Origin: Ignavibacteriota bacterium | GTDB taxonomy: Bacteria; Bacteroidota; Ignavibacteria; UBA10030; SZUA-254 | Length of the DNA: 64,000 nt | Assembly: GCA_025358305.1 (NCBI GenBank) | Contig: JANYJZ010000032.1 | Coordinates: 26,904-90,903, forward strand | Direction of reading: 5' to 3' | Shown: piece by piece, positions 9,963 through 21,187 of the stretch | How the letters are laid out: every line of letters starts with the position of its first letter | Position numbering within the stretch: the first letter of the stretch is position 1 | Notes under the pieces: model-generated | Seen by the model: the letters and a program-made list of their open reading frames with translations, nothing else | Told to the model about the DNA's origin: nothing | The model's database searches: none | Made by a program: the position numbers and the translations under genes

Positions 9963-10808
9963 TCAACGTTTGGAAGGAGCTGAAGCTTGCGAAGCCGGCT
10001 TGAGTAGCCCGTTCTGGCAATACGGCTCTTGCTTCGCAATGGTCGCTTCGTAGAGGCGCTTATTCGCATCCCCGACCTTGGTAATTGGATGATACAGATG
10101 AAACAATATCGCCAAGTATCTTAACGTAAAGAGGTTAACCCCAGTTAATTGAAGCCTAAATGCCAAGTCAGAATCTTCGCCAAGACCAGGAGATGTGTAA
10201 TCCTCATTGAACCCATTGACTCGTTCAAGGAGCCCCTTCTCAACCGAAAAATTGCATCCCAGGATCCTCGGCCGGTTGCTCTGAAGCAATTTCCTGAGGA
10301 ACGCGCTTTTGATCCTGATGCCCTCTTCCAAGTTGGCGCTTCTCGCCCTAAACCCGTCTACGAGCAGTGGCAGGCTCAACTTCTCGAACTCTCCGGACTC
10401 GATACGCTCCAACGTGAGAGTCTCGGTGATCTCCCGGCTCCAATTCACTCGGCGGCCGGAAAGCAATGCTCCCGAAACCCTGCTCCCGACATGATCCGAC
10501 AAAAAATCTCGGTGGGGGACGCAATCTCCGTCGATGAAGACGAGATAGTCCGTTTCCGCCGCCATAATGGCCTGGTTGAGCATCCTGTTCTTCCGAAAAC
10601 CCAGGTCTTCCTGCCAGAGATGCCGGACAGGAAAGGGCGCTGAACGAATGGCGCGTTCCACGCTCTCGCGCATTGCAGGCCCCGAGCCGTCATCTGCGAC
10701 GACCACCTCGAATGCGGTGAAGGACTGGCGCCGGAGGGCCGCAAAGATGAACTCGAGGTACGCAACGGCATTATAGACAGCAATGACGAGTGTGAGCGAC
10801 CGTTTCAT
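9963..10808 (-). CDS. Glycosyltransferase family 2
   Basis: VADDGS, FIDGDC, GCNFS, NGFNEDY..PG.GEDSDL. Confidence 0.88.
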   Translation of the reverse strand: MKRSLTLVIAVYNAVAYLEFIFAALRRQSFTAFEVVVADDGSGPAMRESVERAIRSAPFPVRHLWQEDLGFRKNRMLNQAIMAAETDYLVFIDGDCVPHRDFLSDHVGSRVSGALLSGRRVNWSREITETLTLERIESGEFEKLSLPLLVDGFRARSANLEEGIRIKSAFLRKLLQSNRPRILGCNFSVEKGLLERVNGFNEDYTSPGLGEDSDLAFRLQLTGVNLFTLRYLAILFHLYHPITKVGDANKRLYEATIAKQEPYCQNGLLKPASQASAPSKR

Positions 10809-10832
10809 GCTACGCCCGGCTCCATGGCCCGA

Positions 10833-11660
10833 TCACAGCTGCTTGTAGGGATGGAGCGACAGGTTCGTGATCGGCGGAAGGATCCCCTTCCCTTCTTGTT
10901 CCCGCATTCGGTACTCCCAGAGCTTCGCGTAGAGGGAGAACGTATAGACCGATCCAAGAACCGCCAGCAGGAACCCGTGGACGCCGTCCTTGTATCCCTT
11001 CCGAGAGAAGAACGCTCTGAGAAAATGCGACGTGGGGCTCAGGATGAGTTTCCACCAGTGGACGCGGATCCCGGGATCGTTCGAAAGCTTGTTCGAGACC
11101 TGGAGCGAGGTGTAATCGTTCATCTTCGCTACGTACTGCTCGATCGTATCGTAGGTATAATGGAACAACTCCCCGCCAAGACTTCCCTTGCGGCCCGGCA
11201 CCGTAAACCCTCCATGAACCTCCGCCTGCTCCGCGCGGTACGCCCCTTTGCGGAAGAGCCGGAATGTCGCATCGGGGTACCAGCCTCCGTGGTAGATCCA
11301 TTTGCCGAACACCCTGACCTTCCGCGGCACAAAGTACCCGTCGGCAGCGGACGGGTCCGCGATCGTCCCGAGGATCTCCTGGCGAAGCTCCGGCGAAACC
11401 TCCTCGTCGGCGTCAATGTAAAAGAGCCAATCGCCGGTCGCCAGGGCGAACCCCCGTTCTCGCTGTCGGATGTCGCCGTCATACGCGTGCTGGATGACGA
11501 TGTTCGTATACGCGCGGGCGCATTCGACCGTCCTGTCGGAACTGAACGAGTCCACGACGATGATCTCATCCGCCCACCGGACGCTCCCGAGACAGCGGTC
11601 GATGTTCTTCTCCTCGTTGAGCGTGATCAGGACGACGGAGATGCGGCCGGGCCCGTTCAC
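10833..11660 (-). CDS. Glycosyltransferase family 2 (WaaE/KdtX-like)
   Basis: [30 protein letters not shown]; GTG start overlaps the leuS stop (GTGA). Confidence 0.9.
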   Translation of the reverse strand: MNGPGRISVVLITLNEEKNIDRCLGSVRWADEIIVVDSFSSDRTVECARAYTNIVIQHAYDGDIRQRERGFALATGDWLFYIDADEEVSPELRQEILGTIADPSAADGYFVPRKVRVFGKWIYHGGWYPDATFRLFRKGAYRAEQAEVHGGFTVPGRKGSLGGELFHYTYDTIEQYVAKMNDYTSLQVSNKLSNDPGIRVHWWKLILSPTSHFLRAFFSRKGYKDGVHGFLLAVLGSVYTFSLYAKLWEYRMREQEGKGILPPITNLSLHPYKQL

Positions 11661-14170
11661 TTCACCACCAGGTTGACGAGCTTTCCCTTCACGACGACGG
11701 TCTTGACGATCTCTTTCCCTTCGATATGCTTTCGGACTAGCTCGTCCGAAAGGGCTAACTGCTTGATCTGTTCCTCTCCGGCCCCCGGCTCCACGTTGAA
11801 CTTCGAGCGCACCTTCCCGTTCACCTGAACGACGATCTCGACGACGCTCACCTTTGTCTTTTCCTCGTCGAACACGGGCCAGGGTTCGCGGACGAGCGAT
11901 CCGGCGTGTCCGAGGAGCTGCCAGAGTTCTTCCGCGACGTGCGGAGCGAACGGAGATAGGAGGAGCACGAACCGCTCCATCGCGGAGCGGGGCTTCACCT
12001 CGAGATTGAGGTACTCGTTGACGAAGATCATCATCTGCGAGATGGCCGTATTGAAGCTCAGGGACTCGACGTCTGCGGTGACCTTCTTGATGGTCTGATG
12101 CAGCGTTCGATCCTGTTCCGGCGTGAGCGGGGCCTCACGCACGGATGCATGAAGGCGGCCCTCCTCGTCGACGAGCATGCGCCAGACGCGGTTGAGGAAG
12201 CGGTGGACCCCTTCGACACCGTTCGTCGACCACGGTTTGGAATCGACGAGCGGGCCCATGAACATCTCGAAAAGACGGAGCGAATCCGCGCCGTACTCCC
12301 GGATCACCTCGTCCGGATTGATGACGTTGCCGCGCGACTTGGACATCTTTTGGCCGTCCTCACCGAGGATGAGCCCCTGGTTCACGAGCCTCCGGAACGG
12401 CTCGTTGGAGGAGACGTGGCCGAGATCGAAGAGCACCTTGTGCCAGAACCGCGCATAGAGGAGATGGAGGACGGCATGTTCCGCACCGCCGACGTAGAGG
12501 TCGACGGGCATCCAGTACTTCTCTCGGTCGCGCGACACGAATTCCCTGTCGTTTGTTGGATCGATATACCGGAGATAATACCAGCATGAACCGGCCCACT
12601 GCGGCATCGTGTGCGTCTCCCGGCGGGCGGGTTTCCCCGTCTCCGGGTCTGTCACGGTGAGCCATGCGCCGGCGGTAGCAAGGGCGGATTCACCCGACCC
12701 GGACGGCTTGTAGGATTCGATGTTCGGCAGGACCACGGGCAAGTGGTCCTCCGGAAGCGCTTTCACGGTCCCGTCCTCGAGATAGATGAGCGGGAATGGT
12801 TCTCCCCAGTACCGCTGGCGCGAGAAGAGCCAGTCGCGGAGCTTGTATGTGACGGCGCGGGTCCCGTGCGATCCCTGTTCGAGCCATGCGATCATCTTGC
12901 TCTTCGCGTCTGCGACGGAGAGGCCGTTGAGAAATCCGCTGTTGATCGCAGGCCCTTCCCCGGTGTACGGCTTCTCGGCGAACTCCGGCGGAGGCTGGAC
13001 GGTCCGTACGATGGGGAGACCGAACGTCTGTGCAAAGTCCCAGTCTCGTTCATCTTGGCCCGGCACGGCCATGATGGCCCCTGTACCGTAGGTGAGGATG
13101 ACGTAATCACCGATCCAGATCGGGATCTCCTTCCCCGTGGCAGGGTTGAGCGCGGATGCACCCGTCGCGACGCCGGTCTTCGCCTTGTCGGCGGAGGTGC
13201 GTTCCATCTCGCTTTTACGCTTGGTTTGGTCGCGGTAGGTATCGACCGCGGAACGCTGCCCCGGTGACGTCAAACGGTCAACAAGGGGGTGCTCTGGGGC
13301 CAGGACGAGATACGTCGCCCCGAAGAGCGTATCGGGCCTCGTCGTGAAGACCCGAATCCGCTCGGCGGCGGTCGTGCCGAGGACCTCGAACGCCACCTCG
13401 GCGCCTTCCGAACGGCCGATCCAGTTCCTCTGCATCTCAAGGATGCCGGCGGGCCAGTCGAGTTCCGCGAGATCATGTTCGAGCCGGTCGCCGTAGGCCG
13501 TGATACGCATCATCCATTGACGCATCATTCGGCGTTCGACGGTGTAGCCCTTCCCTACCCATTCATCCACTTCCTCGTTCGCGAGAACGGTCTCGAGCTC
13601 CTTGCACCAGTTCACCGGCATGTCGGCCATATACGCCAGGCGTTTGCTCTGAATGAAGTCATATCGGTCGCGTCCGGTGAGACCCGCCGGAATCGGGAGT
13701 TCACTGATGGGGCGCGCCTGGGCCCCATCGTACCAGGCGTTGTAGATCTGGAGGAAGATCCATTGCGTCCAGCGGTAGTACGAGGGATCGGTCGTGTTGA
13801 CCTCCCTCGTCCAGTCGTAGGAAAGCCCGATCGACCGGATCTGCCGCTTGAAGTTCGAGATGTTCTGCGCTGTGGTCTTGCTCGGATGGACCCCCGTCTG
13901 CATCGCATAGCGCTCTGCGGGGAGGCCAAAGGCGTCCCAGCCCATCGGATGGAGCACGTTGAACCCCCGCATCCTCTTGTACCGGCAGAGGATGTCGGTC
14001 GCCGTGTACCCTTCGGGATGTCCGACGTGGAGGCCGGCGCCGGACGGGTACGGAAACATGTCGAGGACGTAGAGCTTCGGCTTCGCGCTCGTCTCCTCCA
14101 CCGCAAAGGACGCATGAGCGTCCCAGTACGACTGCCACTTCGGTTCTATTTCGATGAACGGATATCCCAT
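11657..14170 (-). CDS. leuS: Leucine--tRNA ligase
   Basis: [14 protein letters not shown] (HIGH), FTTRPDT editing domain, [17 protein letters not shown]. Confidence 0.98.
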   Translation of the reverse strand: MGYPFIEIEPKWQSYWDAHASFAVEETSAKPKLYVLDMFPYPSGAGLHVGHPEGYTATDILCRYKRMRGFNVLHPMGWDAFGLPAERYAMQTGVHPSKTTAQNISNFKRQIRSIGLSYDWTREVNTTDPSYYRWTQWIFLQIYNAWYDGAQARPISELPIPAGLTGRDRYDFIQSKRLAYMADMPVNWCKELETVLANEEVDEWVGKGYTVERRMMRQWMMRITAYGDRLEHDLAELDWPAGILEMQRNWIGRSEGAEVAFEVLGTTAAERIRVFTTRPDTLFGATYLVLAPEHPLVDRLTSPGQRSAVDTYRDQTKRKSEMERTSADKAKTGVATGASALNPATGKEIPIWIGDYVILTYGTGAIMAVPGQDERDWDFAQTFGLPIVRTVQPPPEFAEKPYTGEGPAINSGFLNGLSVADAKSKMIAWLEQGSHGTRAVTYKLRDWLFSRQRYWGEPFPLIYLEDGTVKALPEDHLPVVLPNIESYKPSGSGESALATAGAWLTVTDPETGKPARRETHTMPQWAGSCWYYLRYIDPTNDREFVSRDREKYWMPVDLYVGGAEHAVLHLLYARFWHKVLFDLGHVSSNEPFRRLVNQGLILGEDGQKMSKSRGNVINPDEVIREYGADSLRLFEMFMGPLVDSKPWSTNGVEGVHRFLNRVWRMLVDEEGRLHASVREAPLTPEQDRTLHQTIKKVTADVESLSFNTAISQMMIFVNEYLNLEVKPRSAMERFVLLLSPFAPHVAEELWQLLGHAGSLVREPWPVFDEEKTKVSVVEIVVQVNGKVRSKFNVEPGAGEEQIKQLALSDELVRKHIEGKEIVKTVVVKGKLVNLVVK

Positions 14171-14233
14171 GAACGCTCTGTTCTCTTTGCTCCAAATGCG
14201 ACGATGACGGAAGACATACGAAAAGGACAGGAC

Positions 14234-14262
14234 AAAATACGGATTTTAGAGGGCATAATCAA
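14234..14262 (-). promoter_or_regulatory. Promoter for leuS-glycan cluster
   Basis: Minus strand TTGATT-N17-TATTTT, just downstream of the rplQ terminator. Confidence 0.55.
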
Positions 14263-14296
14263 AGACCGGAGCGGCCGGATCCGGGCCCGTCAGGGC

Positions 14297-14332
14297 AAAA
14301 AAAAAGGGTCTCTGACTGCTCAGTGACCCTTT
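14297..14332 (-). terminator. Rho-independent terminator ending the alpha operon/supercluster
   Basis: Minus strand AAAGGGTCACTGA-GCAG-TCAGAGACCC followed by a T9 run. Confidence 0.9.
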
Positions 14333-14355
14333 GATCAATACTCTGACCGGTGCGC

Positions 14356-14847
14356 TTACTTCGCGTCTGGCTTCGCCTCCGTGGCCTTCTTCGCCGAGGC
14401 TCTTCGGACGGGTGGGGCCTTCTTCGCTTTGGTCTGTTTCACGGCGGACTTCACTGCTTGACCCGTGTTGTAGTCGACGAGTTCGAGGATCGCGACTTCC
14501 GCCCCATCTCCGAAGCGCTGTCCGAGCTTCACGACGCGCGTGTATCCCCCGGGTCGGGATGCGACCTTCGGTGCGATCTCGCCGAAGAGTTCGGTCACGA
14601 CGGTCCGGTCCCGAATCGTACGAGCCACTTCGCGCCGGGCGTGGACGTTCTTCTTCGCCCCTTCGGTTGCGACCGCGTTCTTCGCTCGGGTGATGATCTT
14701 TTCTACGACCATGCGGGTTTCCTTTGCTTTCGCAAGGGTCGTCTTGATCTTCTTGTGGCGGATAAGCGCCGTGCAAAGCGCGCTGAGCATCGCCTTTCGG
14801 TGACTCGCGGTGACACCAAGTTTCCTGCCTGATTTTCTATGACGCAT
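14356..14847 (-). CDS. rplQ: 50S ribosomal protein L17
   Basis: MRHRKSGRKLG, TTLAKAKE, RPGGYTRV; K/A-rich C-terminal tail. Confidence 0.98.
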   Translation of the reverse strand: MRHRKSGRKLGVTASHRKAMLSALCTALIRHKKIKTTLAKAKETRMVVEKIITRAKNAVATEGAKKNVHARREVARTIRDRTVVTELFGEIAPKVASRPGGYTRVVKLGQRFGDGAEVAILELVDYNTGQAVKSAVKQTKAKKAPPVRRASAKKATEAKPDAK

Positions 14848-14869
14848 GTTCTACCTTCTCTGGGGAAAA

Positions 14870-15859
14870 TTATTCGTTAACGTCGTGTAGGTACTTTTCG
14901 ACATCCATGCCGAACGTGAGCCCGAACTGCTCGATGATCTCCGAGAGCTCCGCGAGCGACTTGCGGCCGAAGTTCCTGAACTTCAGAAGCTCCGGCTCGT
15001 CGCGGCGGACGAGGTCGGCGATCGTCTTGATGTTGGCCGCGCGGAGGCAGTTATGCGACCGAACGGAGAGTTCGAGTTCGTCGACGCTCATCTGAAGGAT
15101 CTTCCGTATGCGCGCGAACTCGGAGTCCTTTTCGAGCATCTCTTCAGCGGCTTCCGTTTCGATGTCGAAACTCAGGAAGAGCTGGATGTGATCGCGGAGA
15201 ATGCTCGCAGCCTGCGCGAGCGCGTCATCCGGCGCCACCGACCCGTCCGTCTCGACCTCGAGGACGAGCTTCTCATAGTCGGTCTGCTGGCCGACGCGTG
15301 TCGGCTCGACGAAGTAGCGGACATTCTTGATCGGCGTGAAGATCGAATCGACCGCGATGAGACCGGAAGTCTGCTCGGGGGATTTGTTCTCTTCCGCCGG
15401 GACGTAGCCTTTGCCGCGTCCGATGCGGAGCTCCATTTCGAATTCCGAGCCGGCATTGAGCGTCGCGATGTGCTGCTGCGGATTCAGGATCTCGATCTCG
15501 GGGTTGGCCTTCTGGAGGTCCGCCGCCGTGATGTCCCTCGGTCCCTTCAGCTCGACTACGATGCGGTTGAGCTTCTTGTTGATGAGCTTCAGCCTGACCG
15601 ACTTGAGGTTCAGGATGATCTCCGACACGTCCTCGACGACGCCGGGGATCGTGGAAAATTCGTGGAGCACTCCTTCGATCCGCAGGGCGGTGAATGCCGT
15701 CCCGGGAAGCGAAGAGAGAAGCACACGGCGGAACGCGTTACCGAGCGTTACGCCAAAACCTTTTTCGAGCGGCTGGAGGGTGAACCGGCCTGACGTATTC
15801 GAATAATTCGTTTCGTCAAGCTGAACCTTCTCCGGCATTTGAAAATTTATTCCTACCAT
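14870..15859 (-). CDS. rpoA: RNA polymerase alpha subunit
   Basis: PLEKGFGVTLGNAFRR, HEFSTIPGVVED, LELSVRSHNCL, RNFGRKS. Confidence 0.99.
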   Translation of the reverse strand: MVGINFQMPEKVQLDETNYSNTSGRFTLQPLEKGFGVTLGNAFRRVLLSSLPGTAFTALRIEGVLHEFSTIPGVVEDVSEIILNLKSVRLKLINKKLNRIVVELKGPRDITAADLQKANPEIEILNPQQHIATLNAGSEFEMELRIGRGKGYVPAEENKSPEQTSGLIAVDSIFTPIKNVRYFVEPTRVGQQTDYEKLVLEVETDGSVAPDDALAQAASILRDHIQLFLSFDIETEAAEEMLEKDSEFARIRKILQMSVDELELSVRSHNCLRAANIKTIADLVRRDEPELLKFRNFGRKSLAELSEIIEQFGLTFGMDVEKYLHDVNE

Positions 15860-15923
15860 AGTCTGTCACTCCCGCAATTCATATGATCAATCGTTGGCAT
15901 ACTCTCCAGGGACTCCCGCACGT

Positions 15924-16553
15924 TTACTTCGAGTACAATTCCACCACAAGCTGTTCGTTCGCATTGAGGGGGATGTCCGCTCGTTCCGGGATGTTGAGGA
16001 ACGTGCCGGTCATCGCCGCCTTATCGAGGCTCAGCCAGGGCAGCATCGCGCTGTCCTTCATCCGCTTCATGGACGAATGGATCATCTCCATCTTCTTGCT
16101 CTTGTCGCGGATCTGGATGACGTCTCCGGCGTTCAGGAGGAACGACGGGATGTTCACGACCTTGCTGTTCACCATGAGATGGCCGTGGGTGATGAGCTGG
16201 CGTCCTGCCGCGCGCGACGGAGCAAAACCCATCCGGTAGACGGTATTGTCAAGCCGGCGTTCGAGCATCTTCACGAGCGTCTCACCGGTGCGGCCGGACT
16301 GCCGAAGGGCCTTTTCGAAGTAATTCCGAAACTGCTCTTCCATGAGTCCGTACATCCGGCGGATCTTCTGCTTCTCGCGGAGCTGGACTCCGTACTCGGA
16401 GACCTTCTGGCGGCGGCCCTGGCCGTGCTGCCCAGGCGGATACGCGCGCCGTTCGACCGGGCACTTCTCCGTGAAGCATTTCGTTCCTTTGAGGAACAAT
16501 TTCTGACGCTCTCTCCGACAGAGTCGGCAGACTGAATCGATATATCTTCCCAT
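15924..16553 (-). CDS. rpsD: 30S ribosomal protein S4
   Basis: CRLCRRE, PPGQHG, QLREKQK, LERRLDN, VVELYSK. Confidence 0.99.
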   Translation of the reverse strand: MGRYIDSVCRLCRRERQKLFLKGTKCFTEKCPVERRAYPPGQHGQGRRQKVSEYGVQLREKQKIRRMYGLMEEQFRNYFEKALRQSGRTGETLVKMLERRLDNTVYRMGFAPSRAAGRQLITHGHLMVNSKVVNIPSFLLNAGDVIQIRDKSKKMEMIHSSMKRMKDSAMLPWLSLDKAAMTGTFLNIPERADIPLNANEQLVVELYSK

Positions 16554-16578
16554 ACGTTCCTTTACAAGATTATATGAT

Positions 16579-16992
16579 TTACACGCGACGACGTTTCGGC
16601 GGACGGCAGCCGTTGTGAGGGATCGGGGTGATGTCCCTGATGCTCATGACTTCCATCCCGACGGTCTGCAAGGACCGGATGCCCGCTTCACGGCCGGATC
16701 CCGGGCCCTTGACGAAGACATCGACCTTGCGGAGGCCGAGATCGTGGGCTTCCTTTGCGGCTGCTTCGGTCGTCACCTGGGCTGCGAACGGCGTGTTCTT
16801 CCGCGACCCCTTGAACCCGTTCCTCCCTGCGGAGGACCAGCTGATGACGTTGCCGTACACGTCAGTGATCGTGACGATGACGTTGTTGAACGTTGCCTTG
16901 ATGAAGACCTTCCCGGTCACATCGACCTGGATCTTCTTCTTCTTTTTCGCCGCGCCTGCCTGAGGCGTGCCGCCTGTTGTCTGCTTTGCCAT
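16579..16992 (-). CDS. rpsK: 30S ribosomal protein S11
   Basis: [31 protein letters not shown]. Confidence 0.99.
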   Translation of the reverse strand: MAKQTTGGTPQAGAAKKKKKIQVDVTGKVFIKATFNNVIVTITDVYGNVISWSSAGRNGFKGSRKNTPFAAQVTTEAAAKEAHDLGLRKVDVFVKGPGSGREAGIRSLQTVGMEVMSIRDITPIPHNGCRPPKRRRV

Positions 16993-17016
16993 GAGGGTTC
17001 CGAGTTGGTCTAAAGG

Positions 17017-17400
17017 TTACTTCTTAGCTGCTACTTTTTTCTTGCCTGCAACGGTCTTGCGCTTGCCCTTGCGGGTCCGAGAGTTCGTCCTGGTGCGCTG
17101 GCCCCGGACCGGGAGCCCCTTGCGGTGGCGCAGTCCGCGGTATGAATTGATGTCCATGAGGCGTTTGATGTTCATCTGCGTTTCACTGCGCAGAGCACCC
17201 TCGACCTTGAAATCGGAGGTGATGATCGCGCGGATCTTCGCGACCTCGTCGTCGTTCAACTCGCCGATCTTCTTGTTCCAGTCGATCCCCGCGCGGTCCA
17301 GGATTCGCTTCGCGCTGGTCCGGCCGATGCCGTACAGGTAGGTCAAGCCGATTTCAGACCGTTTGTTCTTTGGCAAATCAATGCCTGCGATACGAGCCAC
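17017..17400 (-). CDS. rpsM: 30S ribosomal protein S13
   Basis: [26 protein letters not shown]; GTG start. Confidence 0.99.
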   Translation of the reverse strand: MARIAGIDLPKNKRSEIGLTYLYGIGRTSAKRILDRAGIDWNKKIGELNDDEVAKIRAIITSDFKVEGALRSETQMNIKRLMDINSYRGLRHRKGLPVRGQRTRTNSRTRKGKRKTVAGKKKVAAKK

Positions 17401-17439
17401 TCGTCGTTATCCTTTCCTCTGTGTCATGGTAAACAGCGC

Positions 17440-17553
17440 TCAGCCCTGCCGCTGCTTGTGCTTGGGGTTCTTGCAGATCACCCGAACGACGCCTTTGCGC
17501 CGGATGATCTTGCAGTTGTCACACAATCGTTTCACTGATGATCGAACTTTCAT
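17440..17553 (-). CDS. rpmJ: 50S ribosomal protein L36 (zinc-binding type)
   Basis: Not in ORF track; read by hand as [37 protein letters not shown]. Confidence 0.97.
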   Translation of the reverse strand: MKVRSSVKRLCDNCKIIRRKGVVRVICKNPKHKQRQG

Positions 17554-17564
17554 AGCGTTCCCTC

Positions 17565-17783
17565 TTACTTGTAGCGATAGGTGATGCGTCCCTTGGACAG
17601 GTCGTACGGTGAAAGTTCCACCGTCACTTTGTCCCCGACGAGGATCTTGATATAGTGCATCCGCATCTTACCTGAAATGACCGCAAGGATATCATGCTTA
17701 TTATCGAGTTTCACCCTGAACATCGCATTGGGGAGAGTGTCGGTAATAACACCATCCATGACAATAGGTCCTTGCTTAGCCAT
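17565..17783 (-). CDS. infA: Translation initiation factor IF-1
   Basis: [28 protein letters not shown]. Confidence 0.99.
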   Translation of the reverse strand: MAKQGPIVMDGVITDTLPNAMFRVKLDNKHDILAVISGKMRMHYIKILVGDKVTVELSPYDLSKGRITYRYK

Positions 17784-17791
17784 TCACCGCT

Positions 17792-18556
17792 TTATCTTGT
17801 GAGTATTTCCGGTGTATCGTCCGTTATTGCAATCGTGTGCTCGAAGTGCGCTGACGGAGAGCCGTCGGATGTTCGGATCGTCCAGCCGTCCGCGTCGAGC
17901 GTTACCTTGAATTTTCCAAAATTCACCATCGGTTCTATCGCGATGGTCATTCCCTTCTGCAGCACCATCCCGGTCCCCGCCTGACCGTAGTTCGGGACCG
18001 CGGGATCTTCGTGGAGCGCGCGTCCGACACCGTGTCCGACGAGATCACGGACGACGGAAAAACCTTCGCGCTCGACGCATGACTGGACCGCACTCGAGAT
18101 GTCATGCACCCTGTTGCCTGCTCTCGCCTGCTCGATGCCCCGGTAGAGCGACTCTTCCGTGGCCTTCATGAGGCGCGCCTTGTCGCCGGAAACCCGGCCG
18201 ACGGGGAACGTCCAGGCACCATCCCCGTAGAACTCGTTCTTCTTGACGCCGACGTCGATGGAGACGAGCTCCCCTTCCACCAACTTCCGGTTTCCCGGGA
18301 TCCCATGCACGACCTGGTCGTCGATCGAGATGCAGAGGCTCGCCGGGAACAGATTATGCTTGTTCGAACCATATCCTTTGAACGCCGGTTCTCCGCCCTG
18401 CGAGCGGATGAACTCTTCTGCGACGTCATCAAGTTCCTTCGTCGTCACGCCGGGCTTGATGAGGCCCTTCACCACCTGAATCACTTGCGCAACGATCCGG
18501 CAACTATCCCTCATAAGGGAGATCTCTTCCGGCGTCTTAAGAGTCACTCGCGCCAT
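17792..18556 (-). CDS. map: Methionine aminopeptidase type I
   Basis: VHGIP, SIDVG, GD, GHGVG..LHEDP, AIEPM, SAHFEHT. Confidence 0.97.
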   Translation of the reverse strand: MARVTLKTPEEISLMRDSCRIVAQVIQVVKGLIKPGVTTKELDDVAEEFIRSQGGEPAFKGYGSNKHNLFPASLCISIDDQVVHGIPGNRKLVEGELVSIDVGVKKNEFYGDGAWTFPVGRVSGDKARLMKATEESLYRGIEQARAGNRVHDISSAVQSCVEREGFSVVRDLVGHGVGRALHEDPAVPNYGQAGTGMVLQKGMTIAIEPMVNFGKFKVTLDADGWTIRTSDGSPSAHFEHTIAITDDTPEILTR

Positions 18557-18600
18557 GTCCGCCCTCGACGTTCTTTCCCGTGCGCACGCTGCCGGCCCAC

Positions 18601-19938
18601 TTACATCCGCCGGCCTTTCATCTTGCCGCTCTTCATGAATCCGTCGTAATGGCGCATGAGCAGGTGCGACTCGATCTGCTGCAGCGTGTCGAGACCGACG
18701 CCGACGACGATAAGAAGGCTCGTCCCGCCGAAGAAGCTCGCGAAGTTCGACGTGACGCCCATGCGAATCATGAACGCCGGAAGGATAGCGATGAGGGCAA
18801 GGAAGATCGAGCCCGGAAGCGTGATCTTCGTCAGGATGTTGTCGATAAAGTCCGATGTATGCTTCCCCGGACGGATGCCCGGAATGAAGCCGCCCTGCTT
18901 CTGCATCGTTTCCGCGACGTCCTTCGGATTGAACGCCACTGCGGTGTAGAAGTAGGTGAAGAAGATGATCATCATCGCGTAGATGAACGAGTACGTGTAC
19001 GACGTGTAGCTGAAGTACTGCGCCGTGCCCTGCAGAAAGTCGTTGTCCGGGAAGAACGTCAGGATCGTGTTCGGTATGAACATGATCGCCTGCGCAAAGA
19101 TGATCGGCATGACGCCTGCCGTGTTGATGCGCATCGGAATGTACTGCGTCACGCCGCCGTAGATCTTGCGGCCGACGACCCGTTTCGCATACTGGACCGG
19201 GATCCGGCGCGTGGCTTGGGTGATCAGGACGATCGCCGCGACGACGACGACCATGAGCGCAATGATGATGAGCTCGAGGATGAAGTTCCTGGCCCCGGAA
19301 CTCACGAGCTGATACTCATCGAGGATCGCATGGGGAAAGCGCGCGATGATGCCGATGAAGATGATCAAGGAAATGCCGTTGCCGATGCCGCGCTCAGTGA
19401 TCTGCTCGCCGAGCCACATCATGAACATCGTGCCGGCGCACAGAACGATCATCGTCGAGAGCTGGAAGCCGTAGCCGATGACCTCCGCCGGTATGATCGG
19501 CGTTCCTGCGGGCGACATGTGCATCAACTGGACGCTGACGCCCCAGGCTTGGAGGAGCGAGATGGCGACCGTGCCGTAGCGCGTGAGCTGAGTGATCTTC
19601 TTCCTGCCCTCTTCCCCTTCCTTCGTCAGCTTCTGGAAGTACGGGATGACCGCACCGAGGAGCTGGATGATGATCGAGGCGCTGATGTACGGCATGATGC
19701 CGAGGGCGAAGATCGCAGCGTTGCTGAACGCGCCGCCGACGAACAAGTCGTAGAGCCCGAAGAGCGTGTTTGATGCCTGACTCCGCATGACCTCAGAAAG
19801 GACGCGGGCGTCGACGCCAGGAAGCGTAACGTGCGATCCGAAGCGAACGACGATCAGGATCCCAGCGGTGAAGAGGATCCGCTGGCGCAGCTCCTGGATC
19901 TTGAAGATATTGCGAAAGCTTTCGCTGACTTTTCCCAT
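18601..19938 (-). CDS. secY: Preprotein translocase SecY
   Basis: FALGIMPYISASII, WLGEQITERGIGNG, GGTSLLI. Confidence 0.99.
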   Translation of the reverse strand: MGKVSESFRNIFKIQELRQRILFTAGILIVVRFGSHVTLPGVDARVLSEVMRSQASNTLFGLYDLFVGGAFSNAAIFALGIMPYISASIIIQLLGAVIPYFQKLTKEGEEGRKKITQLTRYGTVAISLLQAWGVSVQLMHMSPAGTPIIPAEVIGYGFQLSTMIVLCAGTMFMMWLGEQITERGIGNGISLIIFIGIIARFPHAILDEYQLVSSGARNFILELIIIALMVVVVAAIVLITQATRRIPVQYAKRVVGRKIYGGVTQYIPMRINTAGVMPIIFAQAIMFIPNTILTFFPDNDFLQGTAQYFSYTSYTYSFIYAMMIIFFTYFYTAVAFNPKDVAETMQKQGGFIPGIRPGKHTSDFIDNILTKITLPGSIFLALIAILPAFMIRMGVTSNFASFFGGTSLLIVVGVGLDTLQQIESHLLMRHYDGFMKSGKMKGRRM

Positions 19939-19941
19939 TGT

Positions 19942-20424
19942 TTACTTTTTCGGAGGAGTCGAGATGATGATCGCCTTGCCGCCTGCCTTTTCGATCTTCT
20001 CGGCGGCGGATTTGCTGAATGCGTGTGCGGTGACTTCCAATTTCGCCTTCATCTCCCCTACGCCAAGGATCTTGACGGGCACGGAGCGCTTCGCGACCGC
20101 GCCGACCGTATGGAGTACTTCCGGCGAGACCTTTCCGGTGCCCAATTTGCCGTCGACGGCGAGCTTCTCAAGGGTGACGATGTTCACGACCTGGAACTCG
20201 ACGCGGAAGGGCGAGTGGAACCCGAACTTCGGCGTGCGCCGAACCAACGGCATCTGGCCGCCTTCGAACCATGGGCGGTAATGCGTACCGGAACGGGCGC
20301 CTTCGCCCTTGTGACCGCGCGTGGCGGTGCCGCCGTGTCCGGAGCCCTGCCCGCGGGCGATACGCTTGACCCGCTTGCGGGAACCTTCGCTATACTTGAG
20401 ATTGGAGAGCGTTGTCTTTGCCAT
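19942..20424 (-). CDS. rplO: 50S ribosomal protein L15
   Basis: RGQGSGHG, FEGGQMPL.RR.PKFGF. Confidence 0.98.
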   Translation of the reverse strand: MAKTTLSNLKYSEGSRKRVKRIARGQGSGHGGTATRGHKGEGARSGTHYRPWFEGGQMPLVRRTPKFGFHSPFRVEFQVVNIVTLEKLAVDGKLGTGKVSPEVLHTVGAVAKRSVPVKILGVGEMKAKLEVTAHAFSKSAAEKIEKAGGKAIIISTPPKK

Positions 20425-20429
20425 AAGGA

Positions 20430-20615
20430 TTATTTGGATTCTTCAACTTTGACGAGGTGCTTGACCCGGTTGATCATGCCCCGGATCTGCGGCGTGTCAT
20501 TCTTCACGACGGAATAGTTCGGCCGTCCAAGCCCGAGCGCAAGGATCGTGCGCTTCTGAACCTCGAGGCAGTGAATCTGACTGACCACCTGCGTTATTTT
20601 GATTTGCTTTGCCAT
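20430..20615 (-). CDS. rpmD: 50S ribosomal protein L30
   Basis: IKITQ.VS.I, LGL, RGMINRVKHLV; position between rpsE and rplO. Confidence 0.96.
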   Translation of the reverse strand: MAKQIKITQVVSQIHCLEVQKRTILALGLGRPNYSVVKNDTPQIRGMINRVKHLVKVEESK

Positions 20616-20626
20616 GTTCTGATCCC

Positions 20627-21151
20627 TTAATTCGCTGAGGGTGATGCAGGAACCGCGAAGAGCTCCTGGAGCGTGATCCCGCGGCGCGAAGCCACAGTCC
20701 GAGCGTCGCTCAAGGTGAGGAGCGCCTGGAGGGTCGCCTTCACCACGTTGTGCGGGTTCGAGGACCCGATGGATTTCGTAAGCACGTCCTTGACCCCGGC
20801 CGATTCGAGGATCGCCCGGATGCCGCCGCCGGCGATGAGGCCGGTTCCCGGCGAGGCCGGCTTCAAGAGGACCTTGGACGCGCCGTATTTCGCAAGGATC
20901 GCGTGCGGTATCGTCCCGTTGAGGACCGTTACCTTCACGACGTTCTTCTTGGCGTCGTCGACGCCCTTGGAGATAGCGTCCTGGACCTCGTTTGCTTTTC
21001 CAAGTCCGATGCCGACGTGGCCGTTGCCGTCGCCGACAACGACGATCGCGCTGAAGCTGAACCGCCGGCCGCCCTTGACGACCTTCGCCACACGGTTGAT
21101 GTGGACCAGCCGGTCCTTCAGATCTAATTCACCTGTTCGTATGCGTGCCAC
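20627..21151 (-). CDS. rpsE: 30S ribosomal protein S5
   Basis: [23 protein letters not shown]; GTG start with GGAG SD. Confidence 0.99.
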   Translation of the reverse strand: MARIRTGELDLKDRLVHINRVAKVVKGGRRFSFSAIVVVGDGNGHVGIGLGKANEVQDAISKGVDDAKKNVVKVTVLNGTIPHAILAKYGASKVLLKPASPGTGLIAGGGIRAILESAGVKDVLTKSIGSSNPHNVVKATLQALLTLSDARTVASRRGITLQELFAVPASPSAN

Positions 21152-21187
21152 GGTTTTTTACTCCAAAAAAAAGTTGTATGAATTTTG

